DNA of 64,000 bases from Methanomassiliicoccaceae archaeon (lineage in GTDB: Archaea > Thermoplasmatota > Thermoplasmata > Methanomassiliicoccales > Methanomassiliicoccaceae), in NCBI GenBank assembly GCA_963728405.1, contig CAVSJV010000005.1:96001-160000 (forward strand). Reading direction: 5' to 3'. The notes below the pieces were generated by a model, which saw only the letters and a program-made list of their open reading frames with translations, was not told the DNA's origin and did not search any database. The translations under genes and the position numbers were made by a program. Below are positions 44,016 through 54,490 of the stretch, piece after piece. Every line of letters starts with the position of its first letter. The stretch's first letter is position 1.

Positions 44016-45407
44016 ATGCACATGAGGAAGACCGCGGTCGGTAAAGGCCTCGCTCGTTTCGAGGCAGCTTTTTCCGACCGGATCGACGGATGGCTCGCTC
44101 CCTTGGGGGAGCGGTGGAACGAACTTCAGATAAGGCTATACTCTGGCCTGTCGGAGGAGCCAGAGAGATCGAAGAAGGCGCAGCCCCGGGCCACCCTAGA
44201 CCCCGTCCACCTGTCTGAGCGAAAGGTCGTCATCTGCATCGAGGGCCTCACCAAGGTCTTCGGTCCGGAGCTCAAGACCTCGCTTGCGATGATGGACCGC
44301 GGGGCCACCAAGAATGAGATATTGGAGAGCACCGGTGGGGTGGTCGGTCTGAAAAGCATCGACCTAGAGGTGTACGAGGGCGAGATATTCGTCATCATGG
44401 GCCTGTCCGGATGTGGTAAGTCGACCCTGGAGCGATGTCTCAATCGCCTGGTCGAGCCGACACGGGGACGAATCATTATCAATGGTACTGAGATCACTAC
44501 TCTGGATGAGGTTGGACTGAGGGCTTTCCGTCGCCGCCACATCGGCATGGTCTTTCAGAACTTTGGTCTGCTGCCCCATCGCTCGGTGGTGGAAAATGTG
44601 GCCTTCGGCCTGGAGGTCCAGGGGGTGACCAGGGAGGGGCGGCTGGAGAGGTCGATGAATGCCCTGGCGCTGGTCGGTCTTAAGGGCTACGAGCATGTCC
44701 GTCCATCCACGCTCAGCGGGGGCATGAAGCAGCGCGTTGGTCTGGCCAGGGCTTTGGCCACCGATCCCGAGATTCTGCTCATGGACGAGGCGTTCAGTGC
44801 CCTCGACCCGCTCATCCGCAAGAACATGCAGGAGGAGCTGCTGGACCTCCAGGCCAAGGTGCACAAGACCATTGTCTTCGTCACCCACGACCTCGACGAG
44901 GCTCTGAGGATGGGCGACCGCATCGCCATCATGCGGGACGGGGTCATCGTCCAGGTCGGTACTCCGGAAGAGATCCTCTCCAAGCCCGCAGACGACTATG
45001 TGGCTAAGTTCCTGGATGGCGTCGACCGCTCTAAGGTCATGACCTGCGAGAATGTCATGAAGGCGCCCGAGCTGATCATTCCTCCGAAGACCGGACCACG
45101 TACCGCTCTCAAGATGCTCGAGGACATCGGCCAGACCACCGGCTTCGTGGTCGACCGGGACCGGGGCTTCATCGGTATGGTGAGGGCGGATGACCTCCTC
45201 AAGGCCGTGCCTGGGGAGAGAACAGTGGGCAGCATGGTCTCCTTGGTGAGGTCGGTAACTCCGAGCACTCTGGTGGAGGATCTGATCCCCATCCTGGTGG
45301 AGACGGACCATCCTATACCGGTGCTCAATGAGGCGAATCGGCTGATGGGGGTCATCTATCCGGCCTCGGTGATGGGCCGCATCCGTATGGGCGAGGTAGA
45401 AGCATGA
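44016..45407 (+). CDS. proV: Glycine betaine/proline ABC transporter ATPase with CBS domains
   Basis: GLSGCGKS, LSGGMKQRVGLARAL, DEAFSALDPLIR; AGGAG RBS at 44002. Confidence 0.92.
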   Translation: MHMRKTAVGKGLARFEAAFSDRIDGWLAPLGERWNELQIRLYSGLSEEPERSKKAQPRATLDPVHLSERKVVICIEGLTKVFGPELKTSLAMMDRGATKNEILESTGGVVGLKSIDLEVYEGEIFVIMGLSGCGKSTLERCLNRLVEPTRGRIIINGTEITTLDEVGLRAFRRRHIGMVFQNFGLLPHRSVVENVAFGLEVQGVTREGRLERSMNALALVGLKGYEHVRPSTLSGGMKQRVGLARALATDPEILLMDEAFSALDPLIRKNMQEELLDLQAKVHKTIVFVTHDLDEALRMGDRIAIMRDGVIVQVGTPEEILSKPADDYVAKFLDGVDRSKVMTCENVMKAPELIIPPKTGPRTALKMLEDIGQTTGFVVDRDRGFIGMVRADDLLKAVPGERTVGSMVSLVRSVTPSTLVEDLIPILVETDHPIPVLNEANRLMGVIYPASVMGRIRMGEVEA

Positions 45408-46237
45408 GCGCGGACAAGCTTCCGTTGGGCGATCTGGCCCAGGGGGCGGTGGACTGGATCGAGAACAATATGGGGTTCGCCCTGGACGCTCTATCCGACA
45501 TGTTCCGTTCGCTGTTCGGCGCGGTAAGCTCTCTGTTGGATAGCCTCCCCGCCCCGGTTATGGCGGTTCTCATCGCCTTCATAGCTCTGTTACTCACCCG
45601 GAAGGTCCTGCTCTCGGTCGGAGTGGCATTGGCTTTACTACTTATCGACAATCTCGGGCTGTGGGGCCTCTCTATGGAGACCCTCTCCCTGGTGCTCGTG
45701 TCTGCGGGAATGGCCATCCTGGTGGGGTTGCCTCTGGGCATAATGTCTTCCCGGAGTGACAGGCTCAAGGCGGTACTGAAGGTCGGCTTGGACTTCATGC
45801 AGACCATGCCCTCCTTTGTCTACCTGATCCCGGTGGTCATCTTCTTCGGCCTGGGCAACGTACCGGGGATCATCGCCACCATAGTGTTCGCCCTCCCCCC
45901 GGTGGTCCGGCTGACCGACCTGGGAATAAGGCAGGTGCCTCGGGAGTTGGACGAGGTCGCCGAGGCCTTCGGCGGCTCCAGGTTGCAAAAGTTGTTGTGG
46001 GTCCAGCTCCCCGTAGCCAAGGCTACGATCATGGCCGGGGTGAACCAGTGCGTGATGCTCTCCCTATCTATGGTGGTCATCGCCTCGATGATCGGGGCCA
46101 GAGGGCTGGGCCGTAACGTGCTCATTGCCATCCAGCGGGTGGACATCGGCCTTGGGTTCGAGGCCGGGGTGGCCATCGTGATCATCGCGGTCATACTGGA
46201 CCGCATCTCCCAGAGCATGGGAAGGAGCGTGGAGTGA
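45404..46237 (+). CDS. proW: Glycine betaine/proline ABC transporter permease
   Basis: DFMQTMPSFVYLIP, VQLP and MAGVNQ; ATGA overlap. Confidence 0.92.
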   Translation: MSADKLPLGDLAQGAVDWIENNMGFALDALSDMFRSLFGAVSSLLDSLPAPVMAVLIAFIALLLTRKVLLSVGVALALLLIDNLGLWGLSMETLSLVLVSAGMAILVGLPLGIMSSRSDRLKAVLKVGLDFMQTMPSFVYLIPVVIFFGLGNVPGIIATIVFALPPVVRLTDLGIRQVPRELDEVAEAFGGSRLQKLLWVQLPVAKATIMAGVNQCVMLSLSMVVIASMIGARGLGRNVLIAIQRVDIGLGFEAGVAIVIIAVILDRISQSMGRSVE

Positions 46238-46282
46238 CACTCATGGGCCGGCCCTGGCCGGCCATATTGGAGAGGAAAAAAG

Positions 46283-47164
46283 ATGAAAAAGAATGTTAGA
46301 AATATGGTAATGACGGGAGCGGCCGTCGTGGTCGCTCTGGTATTGATCAGCGTGGCCCTGTCCGGCTCTCCGGCCAGCGGCAAGAAATCCCTACAGTTCG
46401 GCTATGTGCTGTGGGACGGCGAGATCGCCAGCACCAACGTGCTGACCCTGGTGCTTCAGGAGGCAGGTTACGACGTGGACATGGTCAACGTGGACGCAGG
46501 CATCCTGTACCAGGGACTGGCCAAGGGTGAGCTTGACTTCACCACATCTGCCTGGCTGCCCGCAACTCAGAAGAACTACTGGGATGTCTACGGCGAGGAC
46601 ATAGACATGGTGGCTACCAATCTAGAGGGTTGCAAGATCGGCCTGGCCGTGCCCAGTTACCTCACTGAGGTGAACAGTATCGCCGACCTGGAAACCTATG
46701 CCGATAACTTCGGTGGACAGATCGTTGGCATCGACCCCGGAGCGGGCATGATGACTAACACCCAGGACGCCATCGATCAGTATGGGTTGAGCCTCGAGCT
46801 GGAGGCTAGCAGCAGCGCGGGCATGCTCGCCGAGCTGACCAGTGCCTACGATAACAACGAATGGATCGTAGTTACGCTTTGGTCCCCTCACTGGGCCTTC
46901 GACAAGTGGGACCTCAAGTATCTTGAAGACCCCCAGGAAGTTTTCGGCGGTGCCGAAGAGGTACGTACCCTGGCCCGTCAGGGCTTCCAGGCCGAACAGC
47001 CCGGGGCCTATGCCATCATCGAGCGATTCAACTGGACCCAGTCCGATATCCAGTCGGTGATGTTGGACATCTCCAGCGGCATGGATGAGAAAGTGGCGGC
47101 CCAGAAGTGGATCGACAACCACCGTAGCGTAGTGGAGGAATGGCTTCACGGAACCTCGACATGA
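46283..47164 (+). CDS. proX: Glycine betaine-binding protein (OpuAC/ProX-like)
   Basis: Trp-prism motifs LWDG, AWLP and WSPHW; GIDPGAG. Confidence 0.9.
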   Translation: MKKNVRNMVMTGAAVVVALVLISVALSGSPASGKKSLQFGYVLWDGEIASTNVLTLVLQEAGYDVDMVNVDAGILYQGLAKGELDFTTSAWLPATQKNYWDVYGEDIDMVATNLEGCKIGLAVPSYLTEVNSIADLETYADNFGGQIVGIDPGAGMMTNTQDAIDQYGLSLELEASSSAGMLAELTSAYDNNEWIVVTLWSPHWAFDKWDLKYLEDPQEVFGGAEEVRTLARQGFQAEQPGAYAIIERFNWTQSDIQSVMLDISSGMDEKVAAQKWIDNHRSVVEEWLHGTST

Positions 47165-47252
47165 ACGCCCGACCAAACCCCTTCCCTATTTTTCCGATGT
47201 CTTTTCATGTCATGACCACATCCGTACACCCAAATATCATGAGAGGCACAGA

Positions 47253-47891
47253 ATGATCAAGGCGACCCTGCTCATCCGCCCCCTAGATAGCTGGGCGGTG
47301 GACATATCTAATCGACTGAGGACCGCCATCCGGGTGGTGGACTGTAACATCGACCAAAATGGGGAAGTGAGCGGCCTGGTCGAATTCAGCCTGGACAATG
47401 CATCAAAGGGCTCCATAGTCGAGGGGCTGGCCAAGCATCCTGACGTTGGGGATGTTCACTTCTTCGAGGAGATGGGAGGTGCAATACTAGCCAGTCTGAA
47501 GGTGAAAAAGTGGATAGTACTAACCTCCATGTATCGGCTCAACTGCTATATCCAGGGCGCGCAGACCCGGAAGGATGGAGCAATTGAGTGGCGTCTCATG
47601 GTCGTAGACGAGGTCATGCTTCGTAAGGTCGTGCAAGATCTCGAGAAGGAGGGATGCAAGGTCAAGCTCGTTCGTAAGAGCAAGGTCAACGAGGCGAAGT
47701 TGCTAACCGGTAGACAGGAAGTGGTCATCGAGAAGGCGCTTGAAATGGGCTACTTCGACTATCCTCGCAGAGTCACCGGCCGGGAACTGGCCCGACGGTT
47801 GAACATCACCCAGTCCACCCTATACGAAACTCTCCAGGACTCTCAGAGAAAGATCCTGGAAGTATATATGCTGCGACGGCGGCTGGTCTGA
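47253..47891 (+). CDS. Bacterio-opsin-activator-type (HTH_10) transcription regulator
   Basis: LTGRQ...ALEMGYFDYPR...ELA. Confidence 0.88.
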   Translation: MIKATLLIRPLDSWAVDISNRLRTAIRVVDCNIDQNGEVSGLVEFSLDNASKGSIVEGLAKHPDVGDVHFFEEMGGAILASLKVKKWIVLTSMYRLNCYIQGAQTRKDGAIEWRLMVVDEVMLRKVVQDLEKEGCKVKLVRKSKVNEAKLLTGRQEVVIEKALEMGYFDYPRRVTGRELARRLNITQSTLYETLQDSQRKILEVYMLRRRLV

Positions 47892-48238
47892 GGTCCGGGA
47901 AAATTATTAAGTTCTATAGGTGGGAAGGGGCGATATGATGTTCGAGAGCACCGAACACCGGGGGCGAGTACGTTTGCTGCTCACTTCGCTCCCCATAGCG
48001 GGCAGCGCTCTAGCCTGTTAGATCCTCTACTTGCTCCAAGGCATCGATGCCATATTCTCGGCGGTAGTGATCCTATCTCTTGTCGTACTGTTCGTCATCT
48101 CGATGTATCAGGAGAACGGCGTTCTGGCTGGATGGGATAAAATGGGCCGAACCTCGCCGAATGACGTTGATCGGGACGATGGGTAAAAGGCACCCCTGCC
48201 CCAGGGGCCCATGGACGGGGCCTGATCGTCGTGGCTGC

Positions 48239-48973
48239 TCACTTCATGATCAATGAGGCGGCGTAAACGTAGCCCTTCGGCGCGATTGCCGTCGGATCGA
48301 AGGCGAACTCGACGTCCCGGCCGGCATGGGTCGCGGCCAGCCACATATGGCAGAGCGCGATGCCTACGTTGACCCGGTTCATACTGTCGGTCACCAGGGA
48401 CTTGGCGCTATGCGCATGAATGATGCCGTTCCCGCCGGTGAAGTACCATGACTGGTTGTTCATGCCGGAAGGAGCAAGGCGGGCCGGTTCGAGGATGTCG
48501 TCCAATCCCTTGATGTCGGTGATCTGGGAGATCGGCTCGCGTTTGAAATCCGCAATGCCAGAGCGATGGATCGGCTCCGTCGGCCTGCCAAACGCTATCA
48601 TGATGATGTATTCGAGGCCTTCCCCGCCCCTGACCTTCCTTATTGGTTTAGGACCGCCCTGCCAGCAACATCCGATGCCATTGGCCGAGAGGAACAGGTC
48701 CACCTGCTGAAGGAGGAATCCCGCGTTGGCCGCATAGCTCCCCCTTTCCTCTGAGAATATGGCCAGGTAGTGGGGGGCGGTCACTTTGAACATGCCTCGG
48801 ACATCATCCCCGTTCAGGAACCTCAGCTCGGTCTGGATCTCCGGGAACAGGGGTCTCAGGGTGGAGATGAACGATCTGATCTTGGATAGGGTGGCTTCGT
48901 CCAGTGGTGCGGCCTCGAACTTCCTGACCGACTTTCTCTTGAAGATGGCCTGGTAGATCTCTTCCTCGGTCAT
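48239..48973 (-). CDS. Nitroreductase family protein
   Basis: RKSVRKF and APSGMNNQSW. Confidence 0.88.
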   Translation of the reverse strand: MTEEEIYQAIFKRKSVRKFEAAPLDEATLSKIRSFISTLRPLFPEIQTELRFLNGDDVRGMFKVTAPHYLAIFSEERGSYAANAGFLLQQVDLFLSANGIGCCWQGGPKPIRKVRGGEGLEYIIMIAFGRPTEPIHRSGIADFKREPISQITDIKGLDDILEPARLAPSGMNNQSWYFTGGNGIIHAHSAKSLVTDSMNRVNVGIALCHMWLAATHAGRDVEFAFDPTAIAPKGYVYAASLIMK

Positions 48974-49061
48974 GATGTGGTCTCTGTCTGGCGCTATTGG
49001 CGAACGACCTATTTAGCATTCCTCGGTCATCAAAGCATATCCGTATTTTTCGAGATCTAGC

Positions 49062-49664
49062 TCAGGTGATCGGTTGCTCCGTCTCCGCGGGCGATGCCAT
49101 CAGGTAACCGCCGAGGGCCACCATCCACAGGAGGGCGGGGTAGACGATCATGCGCTCCGAGCCGCCATGGCCTATGGGGCCAAAGAGGTTCACGATATCG
49201 GCGTCGCCGAGTAACATTACGACCACAAAGGTCAGACCGATGATACCGGCGAGAGCCGATATGGCCTTCATGGGCCCCCTGACCAATTGGGCAGTAGCGA
49301 TGGCTTCACCGTTGAAGAACAGGAACGCTGCCAGGGCGAACAGACTATGGAGCCCTGAGGGGTTGTCCAACGATATGATCCCGGCACCGATCGCCCCGAT
49401 ACCGGCCAGGACGAATAGGGCCAGTGTTCCGACCTTCTGATGTGTCTGGTAGAACAGGTAGCCGCCAATGATGTTGAGCAGGCCGACGATGACCATGGAA
49501 GCGGTAAATATCGCTGCCGTCTCCTGGATCACGCCCAGATCACTGATGGCATTGTCATGCATGCTGTATCCGGGCGCCATAGACTCACCGATCATGAGGA
49601 ACAACAGGAACTGGGCAGAGAGCACGAAGAACAGGATGCCGGCAACGTGTCGAGATTGGCGCAT
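49062..49664 (-). CDS. DUF998-like membrane protein
   Basis: PGYS...ISDLG, LH, GGSERMIVYP; about 5 TM helices. Confidence 0.8.
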   Translation of the reverse strand: MRQSRHVAGILFFVLSAQFLLFLMIGESMAPGYSMHDNAISDLGVIQETAAIFTASMVIVGLLNIIGGYLFYQTHQKVGTLALFVLAGIGAIGAGIISLDNPSGLHSLFALAAFLFFNGEAIATAQLVRGPMKAISALAGIIGLTFVVVMLLGDADIVNLFGPIGHGGSERMIVYPALLWMVALGGYLMASPAETEQPIT

Positions 49665-49818
49665 AAATCGGACCGGACCGATATTGGGGAAATGGTAATT
49701 GAAAGTTAAGTTCTGGATCGTTTGCCGGTATCGCCGAACTCTTTGCCTTGGGCCCTTGAACGGGCAGGGAGGGGCCGACAACTTCTTGACATGCTCGCTC
49801 AACATACTCTAATGAGGT

Positions 49819-50988
49819 TTGAACGTGGATCAGGCCGCCACCGTATCGTTCGTTCAGGAGATCATGTCGGACTTCGCTCACCGCACCGGTCTGGAGTCCG
49901 CTATCGTCAAGGCAAAGCGGTACCTGTGGACGGACGCTTTCGCGGTGTGCAATTACCTATCGCTGTACCATCGCACCGAGGAAGAGCGGTTCCGGGTCCT
50001 TGCTCTCCGGCTGGTCGATCAGGTCCATAATGTACTGGGCCGCCATCGGGGGGACGATGAGCGGCAGGGATGGATCAGCGGTCTCGATGAGGAGGAAGGC
50101 GCCAGGCATCCTACCGTGGGCGGGCTGCGCATCGGAAAGAAGCTGAAGGAGCGGGGCAGGAGCGAGGCACCGGACCCCTTCCTTGAGTGGGAGCAGGACG
50201 GGCAATACTATCACTACCTGACCAAGTGGATGCACGCCCTGTCTCGCGTCAGTGAGGTCACCGGAGATCCCCGATATCTTCGATGGGCGATTGAACTGGC
50301 GCGAGGGACCCACCCTCGGTTCACCCACGCTACTCCAGCTCCCGGGGAGAAGAGGATGTACTGGAAGATGAGCATCGACCTGAGCTATCCACTGGTGACC
50401 TCGATGGGGCAACACGACGCCCTCGACGGCTATGTGACGTATTGCGAGCTTCGGCACGCCTCCGGGCGCTTCAAGGGCGCCAGTCTGCCGGACCTCGGGC
50501 CTGAGATCGAGGACATGGCAGGGATATGCCGTGAGGGAGGCTGGGCCACCGACGACGCTCTGGGGGCGGGAGGGTTGCTCATCGATGGGTGGCGAGTGGC
50601 CCAGATGCTCAACGATGGGGATCTCCTGGCCCTGCTGAAGAGGCTCACCAGCGCGTCCCTGGTGAGCGTGGGAGCGATCGCCGGAGACAGCGATCTCGAG
50701 GGATCGGCGGGACAGCGGCTGGCCTTCCGGGAACTGGGGCTGGCCATCGGTCTGGACGCGGTCGAGTTGCTGGGAGCGTGGCTAAATAAGGGGATGGAGC
50801 GGACCGTTGACGGGGTCCTGGCCGAACAGGTCGACCTCCTGCAGGGCTTCGCACCTCTGGCCAAAAAGGTGGAGAGGTTCTGGGCCGACCCCCGGAATAG
50901 GCTCGCCGCGACCTGGAAGGATCATGAGGACATCAACGCGGTGATGCTGGCCACCAGCCTTGCCCCTTCGGAGTTCCTGAGGATCTAG
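49819..50988 (+). CDS. Hypothetical helical protein
   Basis: 389 aa ORF with enzyme-like motifs RYLWTDAF, DGQYYHYLTKW and HEDINAVM. Confidence 0.8.
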   Translation: MNVDQAATVSFVQEIMSDFAHRTGLESAIVKAKRYLWTDAFAVCNYLSLYHRTEEERFRVLALRLVDQVHNVLGRHRGDDERQGWISGLDEEEGARHPTVGGLRIGKKLKERGRSEAPDPFLEWEQDGQYYHYLTKWMHALSRVSEVTGDPRYLRWAIELARGTHPRFTHATPAPGEKRMYWKMSIDLSYPLVTSMGQHDALDGYVTYCELRHASGRFKGASLPDLGPEIEDMAGICREGGWATDDALGAGGLLIDGWRVAQMLNDGDLLALLKRLTSASLVSVGAIAGDSDLEGSAGQRLAFRELGLAIGLDAVELLGAWLNKGMERTVDGVLAEQVDLLQGFAPLAKKVERFWADPRNRLAATWKDHEDINAVMLATSLAPSEFLRI

Positions 50989-51031
50989 CCCTTCGAGACT
51001 ACTTTCTTGTAGGTGGCGAGCCTACTACATC

Positions 51032-51574
51032 ATGATGAACCGCCTGTCCGATAGCCAGCATGAGCCGGAACTTGTTTCATTGAGGAACGAGGACCTGCCG
51101 AGCATCATTGCCTGGTTCGACCAACGGCTCGCCGAGCTGACCGTCGGCGAGCGCAACGAGCGCCACCTGATCGAAGAGGCCAAGGAAAACACCGCCAGCT
51201 GGTACGATCGGGGCGTTCATGCCCGGACCGGCCGCCCCCTCGAGCCCTCCTTCCGCCAGCATATCAGCAACCTCCTGGAGAACGAGGCCACCGGCCTGGT
51301 GGCCAAACTGAACGCCGATCAGCTGATCAACGACCTCTCTTCGATGGAGGGAGCCTTAGGCACCTCCGGACTGAAGCTGCAGGTGGAGCGGAGGCTCCGG
51401 TCGGAGATCGAGGGCTTGAGGCGTGACCTGCTGAAGGACGGCCGTTATCACCGAACATATGACGAGGCCATGGCGAGGATAGCCGCTCTGGTCAGAACGG
51501 CCCGGGGAGCCTGGGCTGACAATCATCTCAATATTCTGGAGCGCTACTTGGGCCGCGACCGATGGTGGCTCTGA
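51032..51574 (+). CDS. Hypothetical helical protein
   Basis: 180 aa ORF with GC3-rich codon usage. Confidence 0.65.
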   Translation: MMNRLSDSQHEPELVSLRNEDLPSIIAWFDQRLAELTVGERNERHLIEEAKENTASWYDRGVHARTGRPLEPSFRQHISNLLENEATGLVAKLNADQLINDLSSMEGALGTSGLKLQVERRLRSEIEGLRRDLLKDGRYHRTYDEAMARIAALVRTARGAWADNHLNILERYLGRDRWWL

Positions 51575-51647
51575 TACTCTGATACTCTGATATCATCATA
51601 TCATGTTATGATCTCCGGGTAATATCCTAGCGGCCCTCCCCGGTCCT

Positions 51648-53063
51648 TCAAAGTGCTCGTTCGGAAGGTTGCCCTCGCTGGTACGATAGCAATGCTCCGA
51701 TCATCGAAAGGAGGCCGCTCACCACAACGGCCAGAGAGATGGCCGCGGCCAGCTCACCCGACAGGGGGCCGCCGGCTATGACACTATAGTCCATCGAACC
51801 GATCAGCAGCGTCATCATGATGGTGGCCAGGGAGACCCCCAGCGCCATGCTCAGGTTGCGCAGGGTGGCCTGTACACTCGATGCCACTCCCGTTTTCTCC
51901 TTGGGAAGGGACACCATCATCTCGGTGTTGTTAGGGCTCTGGAACAGGGAGGAGCCGATACCCATAATGAAGAACGCTATCAGGGTCAGCGGAACGTTCA
52001 CGCTCAGGAATGCATAGGCCAGGAGCAGGAGGGAGGCGCCCCTGGTGATGTGTCCTAATGGCGCATAGTATGGCGAGTGCGTGCGGTCGTACATGCGGCC
52101 GGCCAGAGGCGAGCCGATCATCATGACCGCCGGCAACACCATGAAGATAAGGCCGATCTGCTCCGGGCGATAGTTGAGGACGCCTTCATAATAGAACGGC
52201 CCTAGTATGGTGACCATGCTCATTGATATGAAGAACATGGCCATGCTCAGCCCCGCCAAGGTGAAACGTCGGACCCGGAACACGGAGATGTCCAGCAGAG
52301 GATAGGCCGCCCTTCGCTCTCGGCGCACGAACAGGCCGAGGGCTGAAACGAAGAGTACCAGAAACACGAGGGCGTTGAAGGTCAGCGACCCCGTCTCGCC
52401 CACTATGCCTAGCATGAGGATAAGGAACATGATGGACGCGATCCACAGGCCAGCTCCGGCATAGTCCATGCGCAGGTGGTCTGAACAATGCTCCTCGATC
52501 TTCAGCATTTTTAGTGCTGCCGCCAGGGTGATGATCCCGATGGGGACGTTGATGAGGAAGATATATTGCCAGCCCAGGGTGCCGACGATGAAACCTCCGA
52601 TGGCCGGCCCGATCATCCCGGCCACGGCCACGGTGGACCCCATGAGGCCCATGGCCTTCCCCCGCTCCTGATGGCCGAAGACCTGGAAGATGATGGCCGC
52701 AGAGATGCTGAACAGCATTGAGGCTCCCAATCCCTGGATGAGGCGAAAGACGATGAGCCCGGGCATGCTGATGGATAGGCCACACAAAAGGGAGGAGGTG
52801 GTGAAGACACCGAGGCCGAGGGCGAACATCCTGGCCCGGCCGGTCCGCTCGGAGATCTTACCAGCAATGATCAGGAAACCGGTCTGGGCCACCAGATAAG
52901 TGGTCACCACCCATTGGGAGTCGGCGATGTTGACGTTGAAATAAGTTGTGATATCGGGTAGGGCGATGTTCACTACCACGGAGTCCAGGACTGACATGAA
53001 CACCCCGGCCAGGACGATGGTCAGGATGACATATCTGTTCCTGCCGCCTTCAACGCTGGTCAT
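51648..53063 (-). CDS. MFS efflux transporter (DHA2, 14-TM)
   Basis: DSVVVNIALP, GKISERTGR, FLINVPIG, SPNN. Confidence 0.93.
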   Translation of the reverse strand: MTSVEGGRNRYVILTIVLAGVFMSVLDSVVVNIALPDITTYFNVNIADSQWVVTTYLVAQTGFLIIAGKISERTGRARMFALGLGVFTTSSLLCGLSISMPGLIVFRLIQGLGASMLFSISAAIIFQVFGHQERGKAMGLMGSTVAVAGMIGPAIGGFIVGTLGWQYIFLINVPIGIITLAAALKMLKIEEHCSDHLRMDYAGAGLWIASIMFLILMLGIVGETGSLTFNALVFLVLFVSALGLFVRRERRAAYPLLDISVFRVRRFTLAGLSMAMFFISMSMVTILGPFYYEGVLNYRPEQIGLIFMVLPAVMMIGSPLAGRMYDRTHSPYYAPLGHITRGASLLLLAYAFLSVNVPLTLIAFFIMGIGSSLFQSPNNTEMMVSLPKEKTGVASSVQATLRNLSMALGVSLATIMMTLLIGSMDYSVIAGGPLSGELAAAISLAVVVSGLLSMIGALLSYQRGQPSERAL

Positions 53064-53218
53064 GAGGGATGCCGGAAGGGGGCAAGATCAAGGCCCAGTT
53101 AAATGTTCTGCCCGGTCATCGGTCGAAGGCCGATACGGTGTCCACATCAGATGGTCCGCCCCATCACTATACAACAGGCCCTTAATTGAAGTAGCCTGGG
53201 CCCATTCACTGTCCCACT

Positions 53219-53848
53219 ATGATGGAAGCTGCCCTCATCGTCCGCCTCCCCGATACTTGGGTCTCAGAGGTGTGCAACCGTCGCGATACGGTGATTCAGT
53301 TCCACCGGTGCATCCCCTATGGGGAGCATGGCGGTCGGAGCCTGATCGAGTTCAACGAGGGCGAGACCGAGGCCCGGGAGATGATCGCGGAGATCAGCAG
53401 GCATCCATCGGTCGAAAGAGTAGAGGTCTCCCGGAGCGACGGGGGCAAGATATCGGCCACCGTGGTGAACCGCAACTGCCGCGCAAGCCAGGTCCTGGCC
53501 TCCTCCGACTGCTTCCTGGTCTCGGCGCAGAGCCTGAGCGACGGGCGGGTGCGCTGGCGGCTGGTGACCGGACGGGAAGGCTCCCTTAAATCTCTGGTGA
53601 ACGCCCTTAGAGACTCCGGCTGTGAAGTTGAGGTGGAGCGGGTGCGGTCCATCAACGACGACAACATCCTAACAAAACGACAGGAGGAGGTGCTGGCCGT
53701 GGCCCTCCGAGAAGGATACTACGAATCGCCCAAGCGCATCTATCTGGTCGGCCTGGCTAAGATGCTTCAGGTAAGCCCGTCCACCCTCGGGGAGATACTC
53801 AAGCGGGCCGAGCGGACGGTCATCGACGATTACCTGAGCAGGCGCTAG
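53219..53848 (+). CDS. Bacterio-opsin-activator-type (HTH_10) transcription regulator
   Basis: LTKRQEEVL..ALREGYYESPKR. Confidence 0.88.
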   Translation: MMEAALIVRLPDTWVSEVCNRRDTVIQFHRCIPYGEHGGRSLIEFNEGETEAREMIAEISRHPSVERVEVSRSDGGKISATVVNRNCRASQVLASSDCFLVSAQSLSDGRVRWRLVTGREGSLKSLVNALRDSGCEVEVERVRSINDDNILTKRQEEVLAVALREGYYESPKRIYLVGLAKMLQVSPSTLGEILKRAERTVIDDYLSRR

Positions 53849-53953
53849 GGCCGGACATATCCGGAGCAATCATGATAGTTGGGTAGCCGTTATTCGGCTT
53901 CCTGGCCAGGAAGGTCGCCACATCGGCGCACAGGCCGGACCGGCCGTGAACCT

Positions 53954-54310
53954 ATGATCGTCGCTATACCTACAAGTGGAAACAAAGGCCTGGACGACCA
54001 ACTGTTCGGCCATTTCGGAAAAGCCCCTACCTTCACCATCACTGATCTGGTGACCGGCGGGCTCACAGTGATCGATAACACAAGCGACCACATGGGCGGC
54101 ACGGGGAGCCCTCCGGAGCTGATCAAGGCCTCCGGCGCGGATGCCGTGGCCGTCGGCCATCTTGGTGAGAAGGCCGCCCTGCGCTGTGCGGAGCTAGGCA
54201 TAACCGTTATTTGCGGCGCCAGCGGCAGGGTCAGCGAGGTTCTTGAGCAGCTGAGGAATGGCCAATTGGTCCCACCCTCCCGCGACAGCATGTGCAAGCA
54301 TAATCACTGA
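53954..54310 (+). CDS. NifB/NifX-family (FeMo-co-binding-like) protein
   Basis: VAIPT...HFGKAPTF; C-terminal CKHNH. Confidence 0.88.
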   Translation: MIVAIPTSGNKGLDDQLFGHFGKAPTFTITDLVTGGLTVIDNTSDHMGGTGSPPELIKASGADAVAVGHLGEKAALRCAELGITVICGASGRVSEVLEQLRNGQLVPPSRDSMCKHNH

Positions 54311-54490
54311 TCACTCTTATCGGGACGGGGCGCAGCCATAAAGCATGCGCATTATTCCTCCGTAGGCGTTGATTTCCCCCAAGATCTGCCCCGCCCCGTT
54401 AAGAACCTTTTTTTGGTCGATCCTTATCAAATACACAACAGTTTTCGACTAGGGCGATGGTCGATATCCACAGGTCCTCGATTTGCCCGA

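Noticed and set aside
44016-47164. Betaine transporter as evidence of betaine-dependent methanogenesis
   Set aside because: No methyltransferase or corrinoid gene is adjacent; osmoprotection is sufficient.
51569-51595. CTCTGATA x3 tandem repeat
   Set aside because: Short slippage-type repeat at a gene end between convergent genes; no sign of function.
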